From: an uncultured delta proteobacterium
GTDB lineage: Bacteria; Desulfobacterota; Desulfomonilia; UBA1062
DNA length: 64,000 nt
Assembly: GCA_963798485.1 (NCBI GenBank)
Contig: CAWCTR010000004.1
Location: 128,001 to 192,000 of the forward strand
Direction of reading: 5' to 3'
The translations under genes and the position numbers were made by a program. The notes under the pieces are model-generated. The model saw nothing but the letters and a program-made list of their open reading frames with translations, made no database searches and was not told the origin of the DNA. Within the stretch, counting starts at the first letter, position 1. Each line of letters opens with the position of its first letter. Of the stretch, positions 52,748-62,651 are shown piece by piece.

Positions 52748-53854
52748 TACATAGCGTCTTAATATATTGCGTATAGACGACGGAGATCATCGTTCGGTTT
52801 TTTCCAAGCATCAAACTGTTCTTCCACAGTCTCAATTACATCTTCAAGCCTTGGCATATAACGATTGTGGAGACACATTCTCCTTGTCAGTTTCCATACA
52901 CGTTCGCTCGGATTCAGATCAGGGCTGTATGGAGGCAGATACTCGAAGGTGATAAGTTCAGCATGATCGTTTCTCCACTTCTTATGGAGTTTGGCATGAT
53001 GGTATCGTGCGTTGTCAAGGATGACAACCACCTTTCTTTCAGTCTCCATGACCTTCTCCAACAACATCCTAAAGAACTCAAAGGTGGTCAGAGCGTTGAA
53101 TTTTTCATGCTCTCGCGCATAGACGAAAGCCCCGTCATTCAGGCGTACCGCCCCAAAATATCCAACGCCCTTTCGCGTGGGATGATGGAGAAGTACAGGA
53201 TCCTTATCTTCCGGTGGCACCCACATGCGAAGCCGTGATCCATGCTGCTGGAAATGAACCTCATCCATGGCCCACACATCAACATCACCTCGCCCCATAA
53301 TCATCTTCAGTTTTTTTATATCCTGCCTGCTGTTCGGGGTCTGCATGGGCAATTACAGGTCGGGGCTTCCTGAGGCGAAACCCCAATTGACTAAACATCC
53401 GCTGGCATTGCCTCACCCCTAAAGGAATACTATATCGCTTCATAATGTATGCAGAAAGTGTCTTCCCATCCCATATATGACCGCGTAATCCTGCTTCCTT
53501 TGGAGTACCTCGAAGAACAGCACCTATATCTTGCATCTGTTTCTCGCTCAGACGCCTGGGCCGGCCTGGCTTCTCAGCGTCATACAATCCAGCAAATCCT
53601 TCCTTCTCAAACCGCTGAACCCAATACTGCACTGTTCTCTGGGCATCACCAAAAAGCTCGGCTACTTCGGAACACTTCTTCCCCTGCGCAACCATCAACA
53701 GCGTGTGGAGGCGATGATCATATCTCGCTTCCTCCGTTCGCCGTATCTCATCCTGCAATCCCAATATTACTTCTGGCTTCGATAGGGTATGCATCCTCAT
53801 GAACATATGGTATCATATCAGCATATAAAGCGCAATTATTTATGACGCTGTGTA
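52748..53854 (-). mobile_element. IS630-family insertion sequence
   Basis: IRs TACATAGCGTCTTAA / TACACAGCGTCATAA with TA duplicated in a CTAG target; two ORFs joined at an A7 slippery run. Confidence 0.93.
52759..53806 (-). CDS. IS630 transposase (two ORFs, frameshift-joined)
   Basis: HTH ORF 53285-53806; DDE ORF with MDEVHF, LDNARYH, LPPYSPDLNPSERVW. Confidence 0.9.
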
Positions 53855-53907
53855 TAGTTGACACCAAGTGAAGATTTCGTGCCATGATCAATGGTTTGAA
53901 ATTAATG

Positions 53908-54092
53908 AATATTATTCAATTTCATCTTGGTTTTGAAATCTCTGGATACTGATGATCTTGTGCTGAAACATACGAAACTTATCACGTGATATCAGAGCGT
54001 AATATCTGGTATGTAATCTATGGTATTGCATGACCCTATTTTTTGTAGATTATGGAAAATAATCTATGGTCTAGAGTACCTATTAGCCTTGG
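53908..54092 (+). repeat. Island-internal dispersed repeat, copy C (longest)
   Basis: Left part matches copies B and D; right part matches copy A. Confidence 0.8.
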
Positions 54093-54221
54093 TACAGTAA
54101 TCTTCATAAGCAATTATTTAAAAAATATGGGTGGTGAGATGATTGTTTACTGACGTCATAAATACAGAGCCCATGCAATCTTTAAATCTTGAATTACCTA
54201 TCAGATATGTTATAATAGATC

Positions 54222-54530
54222 ATGGCTGAAAGGAAGATCCGTGATGAAAGATATTTCCTCTCCAAAAAGAAGGGAAACGGACAAATACGCCGTGAGGTTT
54301 GGGTTGATGAAAGAGGGAGAGTAACTCGCTATAATCTTGCATACATTAATCACCGGACTTTCCAGGGAGATAATGGCAGAGTTCTTGGATATGACAACAA
54401 GCACGGCAGCCACCACAAACATCTTATGGGAACTACTAATTATATCGATTTTTCATCTCTTGAGGAGTTGGAAGATCAATTCGATAAGGAATGGAACAGA
54501 CTGAGAAAAAGCGGGGCAAAGAGGATATAG
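54222..54530 (+). CDS. DUF6516/TumE-like putative toxin
   Basis: RYNLAY...RVLGYDNKHG.HHKH motif. Confidence 0.75.
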   Translation: MAERKIRDERYFLSKKKGNGQIRREVWVDERGRVTRYNLAYINHRTFQGDNGRVLGYDNKHGSHHKHLMGTTNYIDFSSLEELEDQFDKEWNRLRKSGAKRI

Positions 54531-54533
54531 ACG

Positions 54534-54908
54534 ATGATAAAATTGACGATAACAACCGGAACTCCGGAAGATTTTTTCGCACGAGGCAAAGAGCTTGCCC
54601 GCAAGTTGGACAGGGGTGAACTGGTAGAGCCTGAAAATCTTATCATGTTTGAGGATCCGGGAGACCTTCTTGGGTTGGTAACAACAGCCCGAATTGATTT
54701 ATTTAAGGCTGTCAAGGATGAGCCTGGATCAATTACCGATATCGCAAGGCGTTTACATCGGGATCGGAGTGCAGTAAAGCGCGATGTTGACATTCTGACT
54801 GCTGCAGGTCTCTTACAAGTCGAAGAAAAGCCCTTCCAAGGCCATGGTCGAATGAAATGGGTAAAGGCTTCTGCAAAGAGATTCAATCTCATGGCCCAGG
54901 TTGGGTGA
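54534..54908 (+). CDS. HVO_A0114/MarR-like wHTH putative antitoxin
   Basis: PGSITDIARRLHRDRSAVKRDVDIL, GHGR; coupled to the upstream gene. Confidence 0.78.
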   Translation: MIKLTITTGTPEDFFARGKELARKLDRGELVEPENLIMFEDPGDLLGLVTTARIDLFKAVKDEPGSITDIARRLHRDRSAVKRDVDILTAAGLLQVEEKPFQGHGRMKWVKASAKRFNLMAQVG

Positions 54909-54917
54909 TAGGGTTTT

Positions 54918-55027
54918 AATATTACTTGTATGTCATCACGGTTTTTAATCTCTGAAACTGATGATCTTGGATTGAACCCTATGCAACAATACTCTCCATA
55001 GCAGTGTGTATTAAATGGTATGTTATC
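54918..55027 (+). repeat. Island-internal dispersed repeat, copy D
   Basis: aatctctgaaactgatgatcttg...tggtatgttatc matches 53908-54018. Confidence 0.75.
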
Positions 55028-55835
55028 ATCGCTTTTCGGACAGGGTATTCCGGCACATCAGACAATGAATAGTAGAAGGGTTGAAAGATGTATTGAGGGC
55101 ATGCATATAATCTTCGAAGTTCTCCGATCGGATGAGATAGTCGAGATACCTGCCCACTGGTGAGTTGACCAGGCAGTAGAGGGTATTGAAGACGACCCCA
55201 TGCTCGTTTTCCAGCCTGGTTTTATATTCATGCTCCAGGGCCTGCTGCGCCCCTGGCAGGAAGGTACCCACAGGATTGTAGACCAGATCCAGCACCAGGC
55301 CGCATTTCGGTTTGCCATAGCCCCTCTTATTGAGCAGCCGCATCACTTCCAGGATTCGCTTGAAAACACCTTCCCCCCTCTGTCTGTTGACCCGTTCTTC
55401 GTGGTAATCGGGCAGGGAGGCAATGATCTCAACCTTATTATCTGCATAGAGGTCAATGAGGTGTTCATAGGGCTTCTCAAGGAGGATCACGAGGTTCGAG
55501 CGAACCATCAGTCTGCGCTTCAATCCGGCAGCTTCCTGAATAAACCAGGGAAGCTCAGGGTTCATTTCCGGAGCACCACCGGTAATATCTATGGTGCAGA
55601 TCGGGTGATCTTGGAGCACTTGAAGACACTTCTCGAAAACCTTCCTGCCCATTACCTCTGACCGGTGAGGACCGGCCTCAACATGGCAGTGCCTGCACGA
55701 GAGGTTGCACCGCTTGCCCACATTCACCTGGAGTATGTCGATGGCATCAGCGCATAAGGGTGAGCTGATCCTCTTGTGAAACGATATGTTCAATGGATTG
55801 TTATTGAGCAGTTTGATCTGCTCAGAAGATGTCAT
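55026..55835 (-). pseudogene. ArsS/DUF3641-type radical SAM protein, C-terminally truncated
   Basis: LQVNVGKRCNLSCRHCHVEAGP, DITGGAPEMNP, LVYNP; ends at MCRNTLS, without the family's later YDCDFN and Cys-rich tail. Confidence 0.8.
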
Positions 55836-55836
55836 G

Positions 55837-56170
55837 CTACATTTCCTTCTTCTTGATGATCTTTCTCATCTGGGTGGAATGGGCCAGGACATCACCGGCT
55901 GTCATGGCAGCTCCAACATGTACTGCTTCCATCATCTCATCGCTTGAAACGCCAAGCGAGAGGCACTTATTGGTGTATGCATCAATGCAATAGGGACAAT
56001 GGCGTACGGTTGCCACGGTAAGGGCGATCAATGCCTTTTCCCGTTCGGTCAGTACACCAGACAGTGGCCTGGGTGTAGTACTCAAAGAACTTCTTGCCCT
56101 GTTCCGGCGCATACTCTGTGATGTTCGGGAAGTCCGCCAGATCCTTGGGCTCATAGTAGTTATCCGACAT
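55837..56170 (-). pseudogene. AhpD/CMD-family peroxidase-like protein, frameshifted
   Basis: MSDNYYEPKDL...KFFEYY in one frame, LTEREKALIAL...CPYCIDAY in another; break near 56063. Confidence 0.82.
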
Positions 56171-56344
56171 TCACGTGTCCTCCTTAAAAGGTATATGTTC
56201 CACTGGAAGGCCTCCGCATGAGGCTATTAATCGTTCCCTTCTTCTTATTTCATTTACTATATTCCCCGCTTTAAGATCATCAAAAAAACAAGTGTCGAGG
56301 ACACTATCCCATGGCGTATTAATATTAATCACGAGTGAAGGCTA

Positions 56345-57817
56345 TCAGCCACCAACTTCAGGCAGGCTGCACGCCCTGCCTTTGAGGTTGAAGAGCAGGC
56401 GGAGTACGGTCTTGGTCTTTTCCGAAAAGATCTTCGATGCGAATAGGTCGCCTGCAACGCGCTTGGAGATTTCAGACATGGTAGGGTAGATATGCACTGT
56501 GCCCGCCATGGTTGAAAGTTTAATACCAGCAGCCATGGACACTATCCACTCATGGATGAGCTCTCCCGCATGCGCCCCGATGATTTGACAGCCAAGCAGA
56601 GAGCCTTTCGGGCTCACGAGCATCTTAATCTTGCCCAACGTCTCTCCCTCTGCAAGTGCCCGGTCGTTATCTACAAAGTGCTCTTCGATGACGCGGTACC
56701 CGGTGCCTTCTTTCTGGGCGCGTTTTTCATTGAGCCCGATGCTCGCGACCTCAGGGTCTGTGTAGGTGCACCACCCGATCTTTGAATAGTCCGCCTTCCT
56801 AGGCAGGCGGAGCACGGCGTTGGTGAGAGCGATCCCGCCTTCATAGCCAGCAACGTGGGTGAATGGCATGACCCCGTTGATGTCTCCGCACGCATAGATA
56901 TGGCCGATGTTGGTCTTCAGTCGGTCGTTTGTGAGGATGCCCCTGGAGGTATACTTCACCCCAGCGGCATCGAGATTAAGACCTTCAATATTTGGTTTGC
57001 GTCCAGCTGCCACGAGAATGGCATCCCCTTCGATGACTTGGGTTGGTCCCTCCCCCTTTGAAGGCCCAACAGTCAGTGCAATCATTCCGCCATTTGATTC
57101 TGCTCTGATAGCCTTGGTATCGGTGTGGATTTCCACACCCTCGGCAACAAGTCGCTCTTTCAGGATGTCAGCGAGGTCAGCATCTTCAGGGCCTAGGATC
57201 TGGCCCATGAATTCAACAACGATAACTTTCGCTCCCAGACGTGCAAATGACTGGGCCAGCTCCAGGCCGATAGGTCCACCACCCAGCACGATGAGGCACC
57301 TGGGGAGCTTCCTCTGAGAGAATACGGTCTCGTTGGTCCAGAACGCCACACTACTCAATCCCTCTACCGGAGGCAGGGCAGGGCTCGACCCGGTGGCGAT
57401 GATCCAGCTCTTTGCCGAGATGCGTTCACCATCAAGGTTTATTACATGGTCATCCACAAAGGCAGGGCTCCCGAAGCGGACGAGCGCCCCGAGAGAGCAG
57501 AACCGTTCGGCAGAATCGTGCTGCTGGATCTTCTCGATGACCGCGTATACCCGGTCCATGACTGCACCGAGATCGACAGGGGGAAGCAACAGTTCCGGCA
57601 GACCGAATTCTTTGGATCTTTTTGCCTGTGCCCATACCCGTGCAGTGCGGATGAGTGTCTTTGACGGAACGCAGCCCACATGGAGGCAATCTCCCCCAAG
57701 CTTGTCTGTTTTCTCTATAAGGATGGTCTTTGCCCCGAACTGTGCGCTGCCTGCCGCGGCTGTCAGCCCTGCAGCGCCTCCGCCAATAATCCCGAGATCA
57801 TAATCAAAGTTTGGCAT
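56345..57817 (-). CDS. FAD-dependent pyridine nucleotide-disulfide oxidoreductase (MerA/LpdA-like)
   Basis: GGGAAG, GGDCLHVGCVPSK, GGGPIG, TDPEVA, HIYPT; lacks the MerA C-terminal CC. Confidence 0.92.
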   Translation of the reverse strand: MPNFDYDLGIIGGGAAGLTAAAGSAQFGAKTILIEKTDKLGGDCLHVGCVPSKTLIRTARVWAQAKRSKEFGLPELLLPPVDLGAVMDRVYAVIEKIQQHDSAERFCSLGALVRFGSPAFVDDHVINLDGERISAKSWIIATGSSPALPPVEGLSSVAFWTNETVFSQRKLPRCLIVLGGGPIGLELAQSFARLGAKVIVVEFMGQILGPEDADLADILKERLVAEGVEIHTDTKAIRAESNGGMIALTVGPSKGEGPTQVIEGDAILVAAGRKPNIEGLNLDAAGVKYTSRGILTNDRLKTNIGHIYACGDINGVMPFTHVAGYEGGIALTNAVLRLPRKADYSKIGWCTYTDPEVASIGLNEKRAQKEGTGYRVIEEHFVDNDRALAEGETLGKIKMLVSPKGSLLGCQIIGAHAGELIHEWIVSMAAGIKLSTMAGTVHIYPTMSEISKRVAGDLFASKIFSEKTKTVLRLLFNLKGRACSLPEVGG

Positions 57818-58024
57818 CTTCTGTCCTCCCTAACTCAAGATGATACCGTGTTTATGAAGTTTGTTTTTTGCTTAGGATTTTTTCTCAGCAAATTGGTAGA
57901 TTATGATAGGGAGATATAAGAATTAAACAAGGACTCAGGGGATGATAAAAATATCAACCTCTTTGATTCCTGACATTAGAAGCTTATCATTATACAGAAG
58001 ATAATCCAATCTTGGAGGAAAAAC

Positions 58025-58177
58025 ATGGCCAGGGTGAGTTCAAATGCATTGGATACTGGTGATCAATTCCCTTTATTAAATCTGCAGATGGTAAATGGAG
58101 ATATTTTCAAACTCCCGGATGATCATGATTATTCTGTCTCTCTCAATGGAGAAGAAGCGATAGCGGAGAACCAATGA
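58025..58177 (+). pseudogene. N-terminal fragment of a peroxiredoxin/redoxin-like protein
   Basis: RBS GGAGG; MARVSSNALDTGDQFPLLNLQMVNGDIFKLPDD resembles AhpC/TSA N-termini but stops before any active site. Confidence 0.5.
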
Positions 58178-58875
58178 AAAAGAAGATAGCATTACTCATT
58201 ATCATTGCCCTCGCGATCGGCATATTTTACTATTTGGATCTCGGAAGATACCTCACACTTGAAAGCCTCAAGACAAACAGAGATTACCTCCTTAATTACT
58301 ATTCAAACCACATGCTCATCTTCATAGTGAGCTACATCGCCATCTATACTATGCAGACCGCTTTTTCCCTGCCTGGGGCGGCCATTCTTACTCTGGCTGG
58401 TGGAGCCGTATTCGGGGCGCTAATGGGAACGATATGGGTGAATATAGGGGCCACGATAGGGGCTGTCTTGGCATTTCTCCTGGCTCGCAATCTGCTGCGG
58501 GACTGGGTGGTAAAAAAATTCGGCAAACAAATGGAGGCCCTGGATAAGGGACTCAGTGAAAGTGGGATGTCATACCTTCTTTTTTTGCGACTAGTCCCAC
58601 TCTTTCCGTTTTTCCTCGTCAACCTTGCCTGCGGGATCACGGGCCTGCAGCTGAGGACCTACATCATAGGTACCATGGTGGGGATTCTTCCAGGAAGCTT
58701 CGTCTATGCGAATGCAGGTGCGAGCATTGCATCCATCAATACCATGCGCGATGTTGCGAGCCCCCGTGTTCTCATCTCATTTGCGCTCCTTGGGTTTTTT
58801 GCATTGCTCCCAACAGTCTACAAGAAGATCAAGGCATCCCTTCAAATGAAGGGGCGGTCGGGACCTTCTACTTGA
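58174..58875 (+). CDS. TVP38/TMEM64 (DedA superfamily) membrane protein
   Basis: SLPGAAILTLAGGAVFG, LRLVPLFPFFLVN, GILPG. Confidence 0.92.
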   Translation: MKKKIALLIIIALAIGIFYYLDLGRYLTLESLKTNRDYLLNYYSNHMLIFIVSYIAIYTMQTAFSLPGAAILTLAGGAVFGALMGTIWVNIGATIGAVLAFLLARNLLRDWVVKKFGKQMEALDKGLSESGMSYLLFLRLVPLFPFFLVNLACGITGLQLRTYIIGTMVGILPGSFVYANAGASIASINTMRDVASPRVLISFALLGFFALLPTVYKKIKASLQMKGRSGPST

Positions 58876-58940
58876 GCATATTTGAGTCTCAGGGAATCAA
58901 CCTATGAAAAGAATCATCCAACTTATCAGGGAAATTCATT

Positions 58941-60013
58941 TTATTTTTCAAACAGTTTAAGGTACTGGCCGTATCCCTCCTTTTGCAGGTCTTCCTTGGG
59001 GATGAACCGCAAGGCAGCCGAGTTCATGCAATAGCGCAGTCCCGTAGGAGGTGGGCCATCATTGAATACATGCCCAATATGAGAATCTGCATGTTTGCTC
59101 CTGACCTCTGTCCTTGTCGTGAACAGGGTATTGTCCTGCTTCTCCACGATATTGCCGGGCTCCAGAGGCCGGGTAAAGCTTGGCCAGCCCGTACCTGAAT
59201 CATACTTGTCCTTTGAGCTGAACAGGGGCTCACCTGAGAGATATCAACATAGATCCCTTCATGTTTGTTGTTCCAATATGCATTATCAAAGGCCGGTTCC
59301 GTACCTTTTTTCTGGGTTACCTTGAACTGCATCGGGGTGAGCTTCTTTTTCAGGACCTCTACACTCGGCTTGGTGTACGAACCTGTTTCGGCCTTTGCGG
59401 GCACATATTCCCTGTCTTTCCCCCAGGCCTTGTCAAGGAACTGGTCACGACCTGATCTGTACCGGTAGTACTTATACCGGATGGGGTTTTTCTTATAGTA
59501 ATACTGGTGGTATTCTTCTGCCTTATAGAATGGGCCAGCCTTCACGATCTCGGTGACGATGGGTTTTGTGAACCTGCCGGATTTTGCCAGCCGATCCCTG
59601 GACTCCTCGGCGAGCCTCTTTTGCTCATCGTTATGGTAAAAGATGGCGCTTCTATACTGGTTTCCCCTGTCCACAAACTGCCCTCCGGCATCGGTCGGGT
59701 CTATCTGCCGCCAGAACACCTCCAGCAGGTCTGCATACGATATCTTTGATGGATCATAGGTTATCTGGATGGATTCGGCGTGGCCCGTTGTCCCTGATGA
59801 GTTCTCCTTATAGGTGGGGTTAACGGTATGTCCCCCGGTATATCCCGAGAGAACCTCCTTCACTCCAGGGAGCTTATCAAAAGGATGCACCATGCACCAG
59901 AAACATCCCCCGGCAAAGGTGGCCAGTTCATATTTTGTGTTAGCTGCGTTCCCGGTATATATTGGCAATACAAGCAACATGGCTATAAATCCTTTCATGA
60001 TTTTACTGACCAT
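58941..60013 (-). pseudogene. msrAB: Exported MsrA-MsrB fusion with a one-base frameshift
   Basis: [14 protein letters not shown]; GIYVDI then SGEPLF out of frame near 59240; GHVF, RYCMNS. Confidence 0.9.
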
Positions 60014-60180
60014 CTTTTATTCCTCCTCAATCATTGGAAACTTATATATGTTTATATAAGGTTGCCTTGTGTAAAAAGAAACCCATACCTTAACTATATT
60101 TAACTTTCAGAGATCATAAAACTGAGATGATACGCCCCGGACATTCATTCACCCCATTCCCAGTTTGACAGGAATGATGC

Positions 60181-60489
60181 TCACGGATTTCCTCCCAGTG
60201 TCTTCTTATATGTTCCTGCCTTCTTCAACGCCCTTTCCATTTCGTCAATGGTTACCTTTGTCGGGTCATAGAAAACGGTGTTTATTTCTCGAAAAAAATG
60301 GAATCCTTTTTCAACCCTTTTTACACCTGGAAGCCTCTCCAAGGCCTCTTTGCCTACGTCATATCAAGCCACGACAAATACCACTTTTTTCTCTGCATCA
60401 GAAGCCTGCGCAGTCCAATGTACCCCGCACAGAAGTAAAAGCAGTACCCCAGCGATGGCAAACTTCCTCATAAGAACGTCCTTATTCAT
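60181..60489 (-). CDS. Candidate exported selenoprotein, HMA-like fold (UGA at codon 42)
   Basis: RBS AAGGAG, signal peptide, VVFVVA-UGA-YDVGKEALERLPGVKRV...VFYDPTKVTIDEMERALKKAG open for 60 more codons; hairpin after the UGA. Confidence 0.72.
60330..60348 (-). promoter_or_regulatory. Putative bacterial SECIS
   Basis: GAGGCCU-UGGAG-AGGCUUC 7-bp stem; loop starts 23 nt after the UGA, with G in the second loop position. Confidence 0.6.
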
Positions 60490-60742
60490 GGATCACGCTC
60501 CTTTTGTTCGGGTTTCGGAGTCTCCCTAAAAGAATAATGTTCTTATTTGAAAAAACCAGAGAGAATAAAGACGTCCATTAATATTGCAGGACTTCAGCTA
60601 TACTATTAATTGCAGTTGATGCCTATTCCGTATTTCCCAATTCGCAAAAGGTAATTCTTGTTAATAAAAAAGAGGCAATGATACTAACTATCTGAGGGGT
60701 ATCTTGACAATCAAGAAGTCATCATTAATTTATACTCATTCT

Positions 60743-62067
60743 CACTACTGTCCCAACGTTAATCGAATAAAGTCAATTGGTTGCTGGGTGCTATGTCTGG
60801 AATCATGCAATCTGAATCTGTAAGTGCTTGTATTATAGGAGTCTTCTCGAAAAGAGTGACACTCAGAATCTGTAGAATTGTGTAGAGGCTGCTGTGGATT
60901 TTCAGGGTTTTCTTGACGATCGCTACAAGCACATAAACCGAGATGGCGATCCAGATCTGAGTTTTCACGGCATTCTCTGTAGTACCGTAGAAAGCCTTGA
61001 TCCTGAGATGCTGCTTGATCCATTTGAAAAACAACTCGATCTGCCAGCGACATCGATACAGTTCCGCAATGGTCAATGCCGACAGGGTGAAGTTGTTGGT
61101 CAGAAATACAAGGCGTCTGTTGTTGGCCTTGTCGAAGAAGCGTATCCGACGAAGCTTTCCCGGATAGTCCTTCCGAGCATAAAAATTCTTTGTGGTGATA
61201 ACCTGGTCGCACTGCATCCCGATGGACTTGTCGACGGGTAGAGAATAGAGGCGTCTGAACCGGAAGTTGTCTTTGGCTCTGATGAGAAAGAAGGCCCCAG
61301 ACTGATGAATTGCATGAAGTCTGGTAAAGTCGATATAGCCCCGATCCATGATATAGATGGCTCCTGCTTCGATAAGAAGATGGTCGAGGATGTTCACTTC
61401 GTGAACCTTGCCATGGGTAATAATCACCACTGTAGGTATGCTTCCCCGGAGATCCAGGAGGGTATGGAGCTTTATTGCTCCTTTGTGCTTTCTGAACTCT
61501 GCCCATGGAAAGAGTGACTGGCAGAGGTCTATGACCGTTGCGTCCAGTGCGTACACCGTTTGATCCAGTTCCACACCGAAGGACTCGCCTGTATAGAGCT
61601 TTCTGGCTCTGGCAATCAGAATCTGGGCGAAATCGGCATAGATCCTCCAGTCCCGCACTTGGTTGGCATTGGCCAAGGTATTTCTTGAGACCTTGCTGCG
61701 GATACCCAGGTGATACAGCTTGGTCTGTGCCGCCCGCAAACATGCTTGGATGTCTCGCAGGCTTTCTCGGTAGGTCAACTGAGCAAAGGCCATGCAGAGA
61801 TACTGGTCCCAGCAGGAGAAGCTCTTGATCTTGTAGTTGCCGTTGTAGCGTTTTACGCATTGGCGAAAATCGTGGATAGGCACAAAGTCCATCAATTGGG
61901 AAAACATGGTGCGACCAGAGTTCATCAGCCATCTCCTTCTGCAGGGATGCAGAAGTATGGCCTTCTCCAGAAATTATTTCCAAATCGATTACAATCATTT
62001 CTCCCCGTTAACCTTCTTCATGACTTGATCTACATCCTTTTACCTGTTAAACGTTGGGACAGTAGTG
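60743..62067 (-). mobile_element. IS4-family insertion sequence
   Basis: 18-bp perfect IR CACTACTGTCCCAACGTT; 9-bp target duplication ACTCATTCT (60734-60742, 62068-62076). Confidence 0.96.
60759..61925 (-). CDS. IS4 transposase (DUF4372 + DDE)
   Basis: LDATVID, MDRGY, YRCRWQIELFFKWIKQ. Confidence 0.96.
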   Translation of the reverse strand: MNSGRTMFSQLMDFVPIHDFRQCVKRYNGNYKIKSFSCWDQYLCMAFAQLTYRESLRDIQACLRAAQTKLYHLGIRSKVSRNTLANANQVRDWRIYADFAQILIARARKLYTGESFGVELDQTVYALDATVIDLCQSLFPWAEFRKHKGAIKLHTLLDLRGSIPTVVIITHGKVHEVNILDHLLIEAGAIYIMDRGYIDFTRLHAIHQSGAFFLIRAKDNFRFRRLYSLPVDKSIGMQCDQVITTKNFYARKDYPGKLRRIRFFDKANNRRLVFLTNNFTLSALTIAELYRCRWQIELFFKWIKQHLRIKAFYGTTENAVKTQIWIAISVYVLVAIVKKTLKIHSSLYTILQILSVTLFEKTPIIQALTDSDCMIPDIAPSNQLTLFD

Positions 62068-62112
62068 ACTCATTCTTAATAAATAACTAACCTCAATGAT
62101 TGGACTTGCACA

Positions 62113-62574
62113 GTGAAACGCCAAGGAAAAACATCATCACCTCAGGAAAGATTGGACCAGATGCTCTCAAAGCTCAAGGGCCGTGATTTCCGTATGACAC
62201 CACAGCGAATAGCTGTGCTTACCATTCTGGCCGACAGAGAAGAACATCCCAGTGTAGAGGAGATCTACAAGAAGGTGAGTTCTCAATTTCCTACTACGAG
62301 CCTTGCTACTGTATATAAGACCGTATCTCTACTCAAGGAGCTTAATGAGGTCCTGGAGCTCGGGTTTACTGATGGAAGCAACCGTTATGATGGTAATAAA
62401 CCTTATCCCCACCCTCATGTGATCTGCACGAAGTGCAAGAAGATCATGGACCCTGAGTTTGTCCATCTTGGGGAAATCAGCGAGGAGATGAGCATGAAGA
62501 CAGGGTACAAGATATTCTCCCATCGCCTCGACTTTTTCGGTCTCTGTCCAAAGTGTAATAAGAAGGAAGTGTAA
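62113..62574 (+). CDS. perR: Fur-family peroxide regulator
   Basis: MTPQR, HPSVEEIY, SLATVYKT, HPHVICTKC, CPKC; upstream of katG. Confidence 0.85.
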   Translation: MKRQGKTSSPQERLDQMLSKLKGRDFRMTPQRIAVLTILADREEHPSVEEIYKKVSSQFPTTSLATVYKTVSLLKELNEVLELGFTDGSNRYDGNKPYPHPHVICTKCKKIMDPEFVHLGEISEEMSMKTGYKIFSHRLDFFGLCPKCNKKEV

Positions 62575-62651
62575 AAAGGAGGATTCGGGAAGGTAAAGAA
62601 AAAAGGAAACAAGCTGACAACGGCTTGGCAGCCAAACGCTATTATTCATAG

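Noticed and set aside
33420-55030. Integron cassette array or pdif modules
   Set aside because: The integrase lacks recognisable IntI features, genes are in mixed orientation, no attC pattern was found, and the ttatg(g/a)aaaat motifs lack a convincing XerC arm.
55026-55040. Selenocysteine read-through at the rSAM stop
   Set aside because: Similarity to the family ends before the TGA, which is directly followed by TAA within repeat copy D.
56345-57817. Mercuric reductase merA
   Set aside because: No C-terminal Cys-Cys pair, no NmerA domain and no mer operon.
60745-61998. 417-aa alternative-frame ORF over the IS4 transposase, and long antisense ORFs such as 8875-9774, 5408-6166 and 36031-36906
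   Set aside because: They are shadows of well-supported genes and have no motifs of their own.
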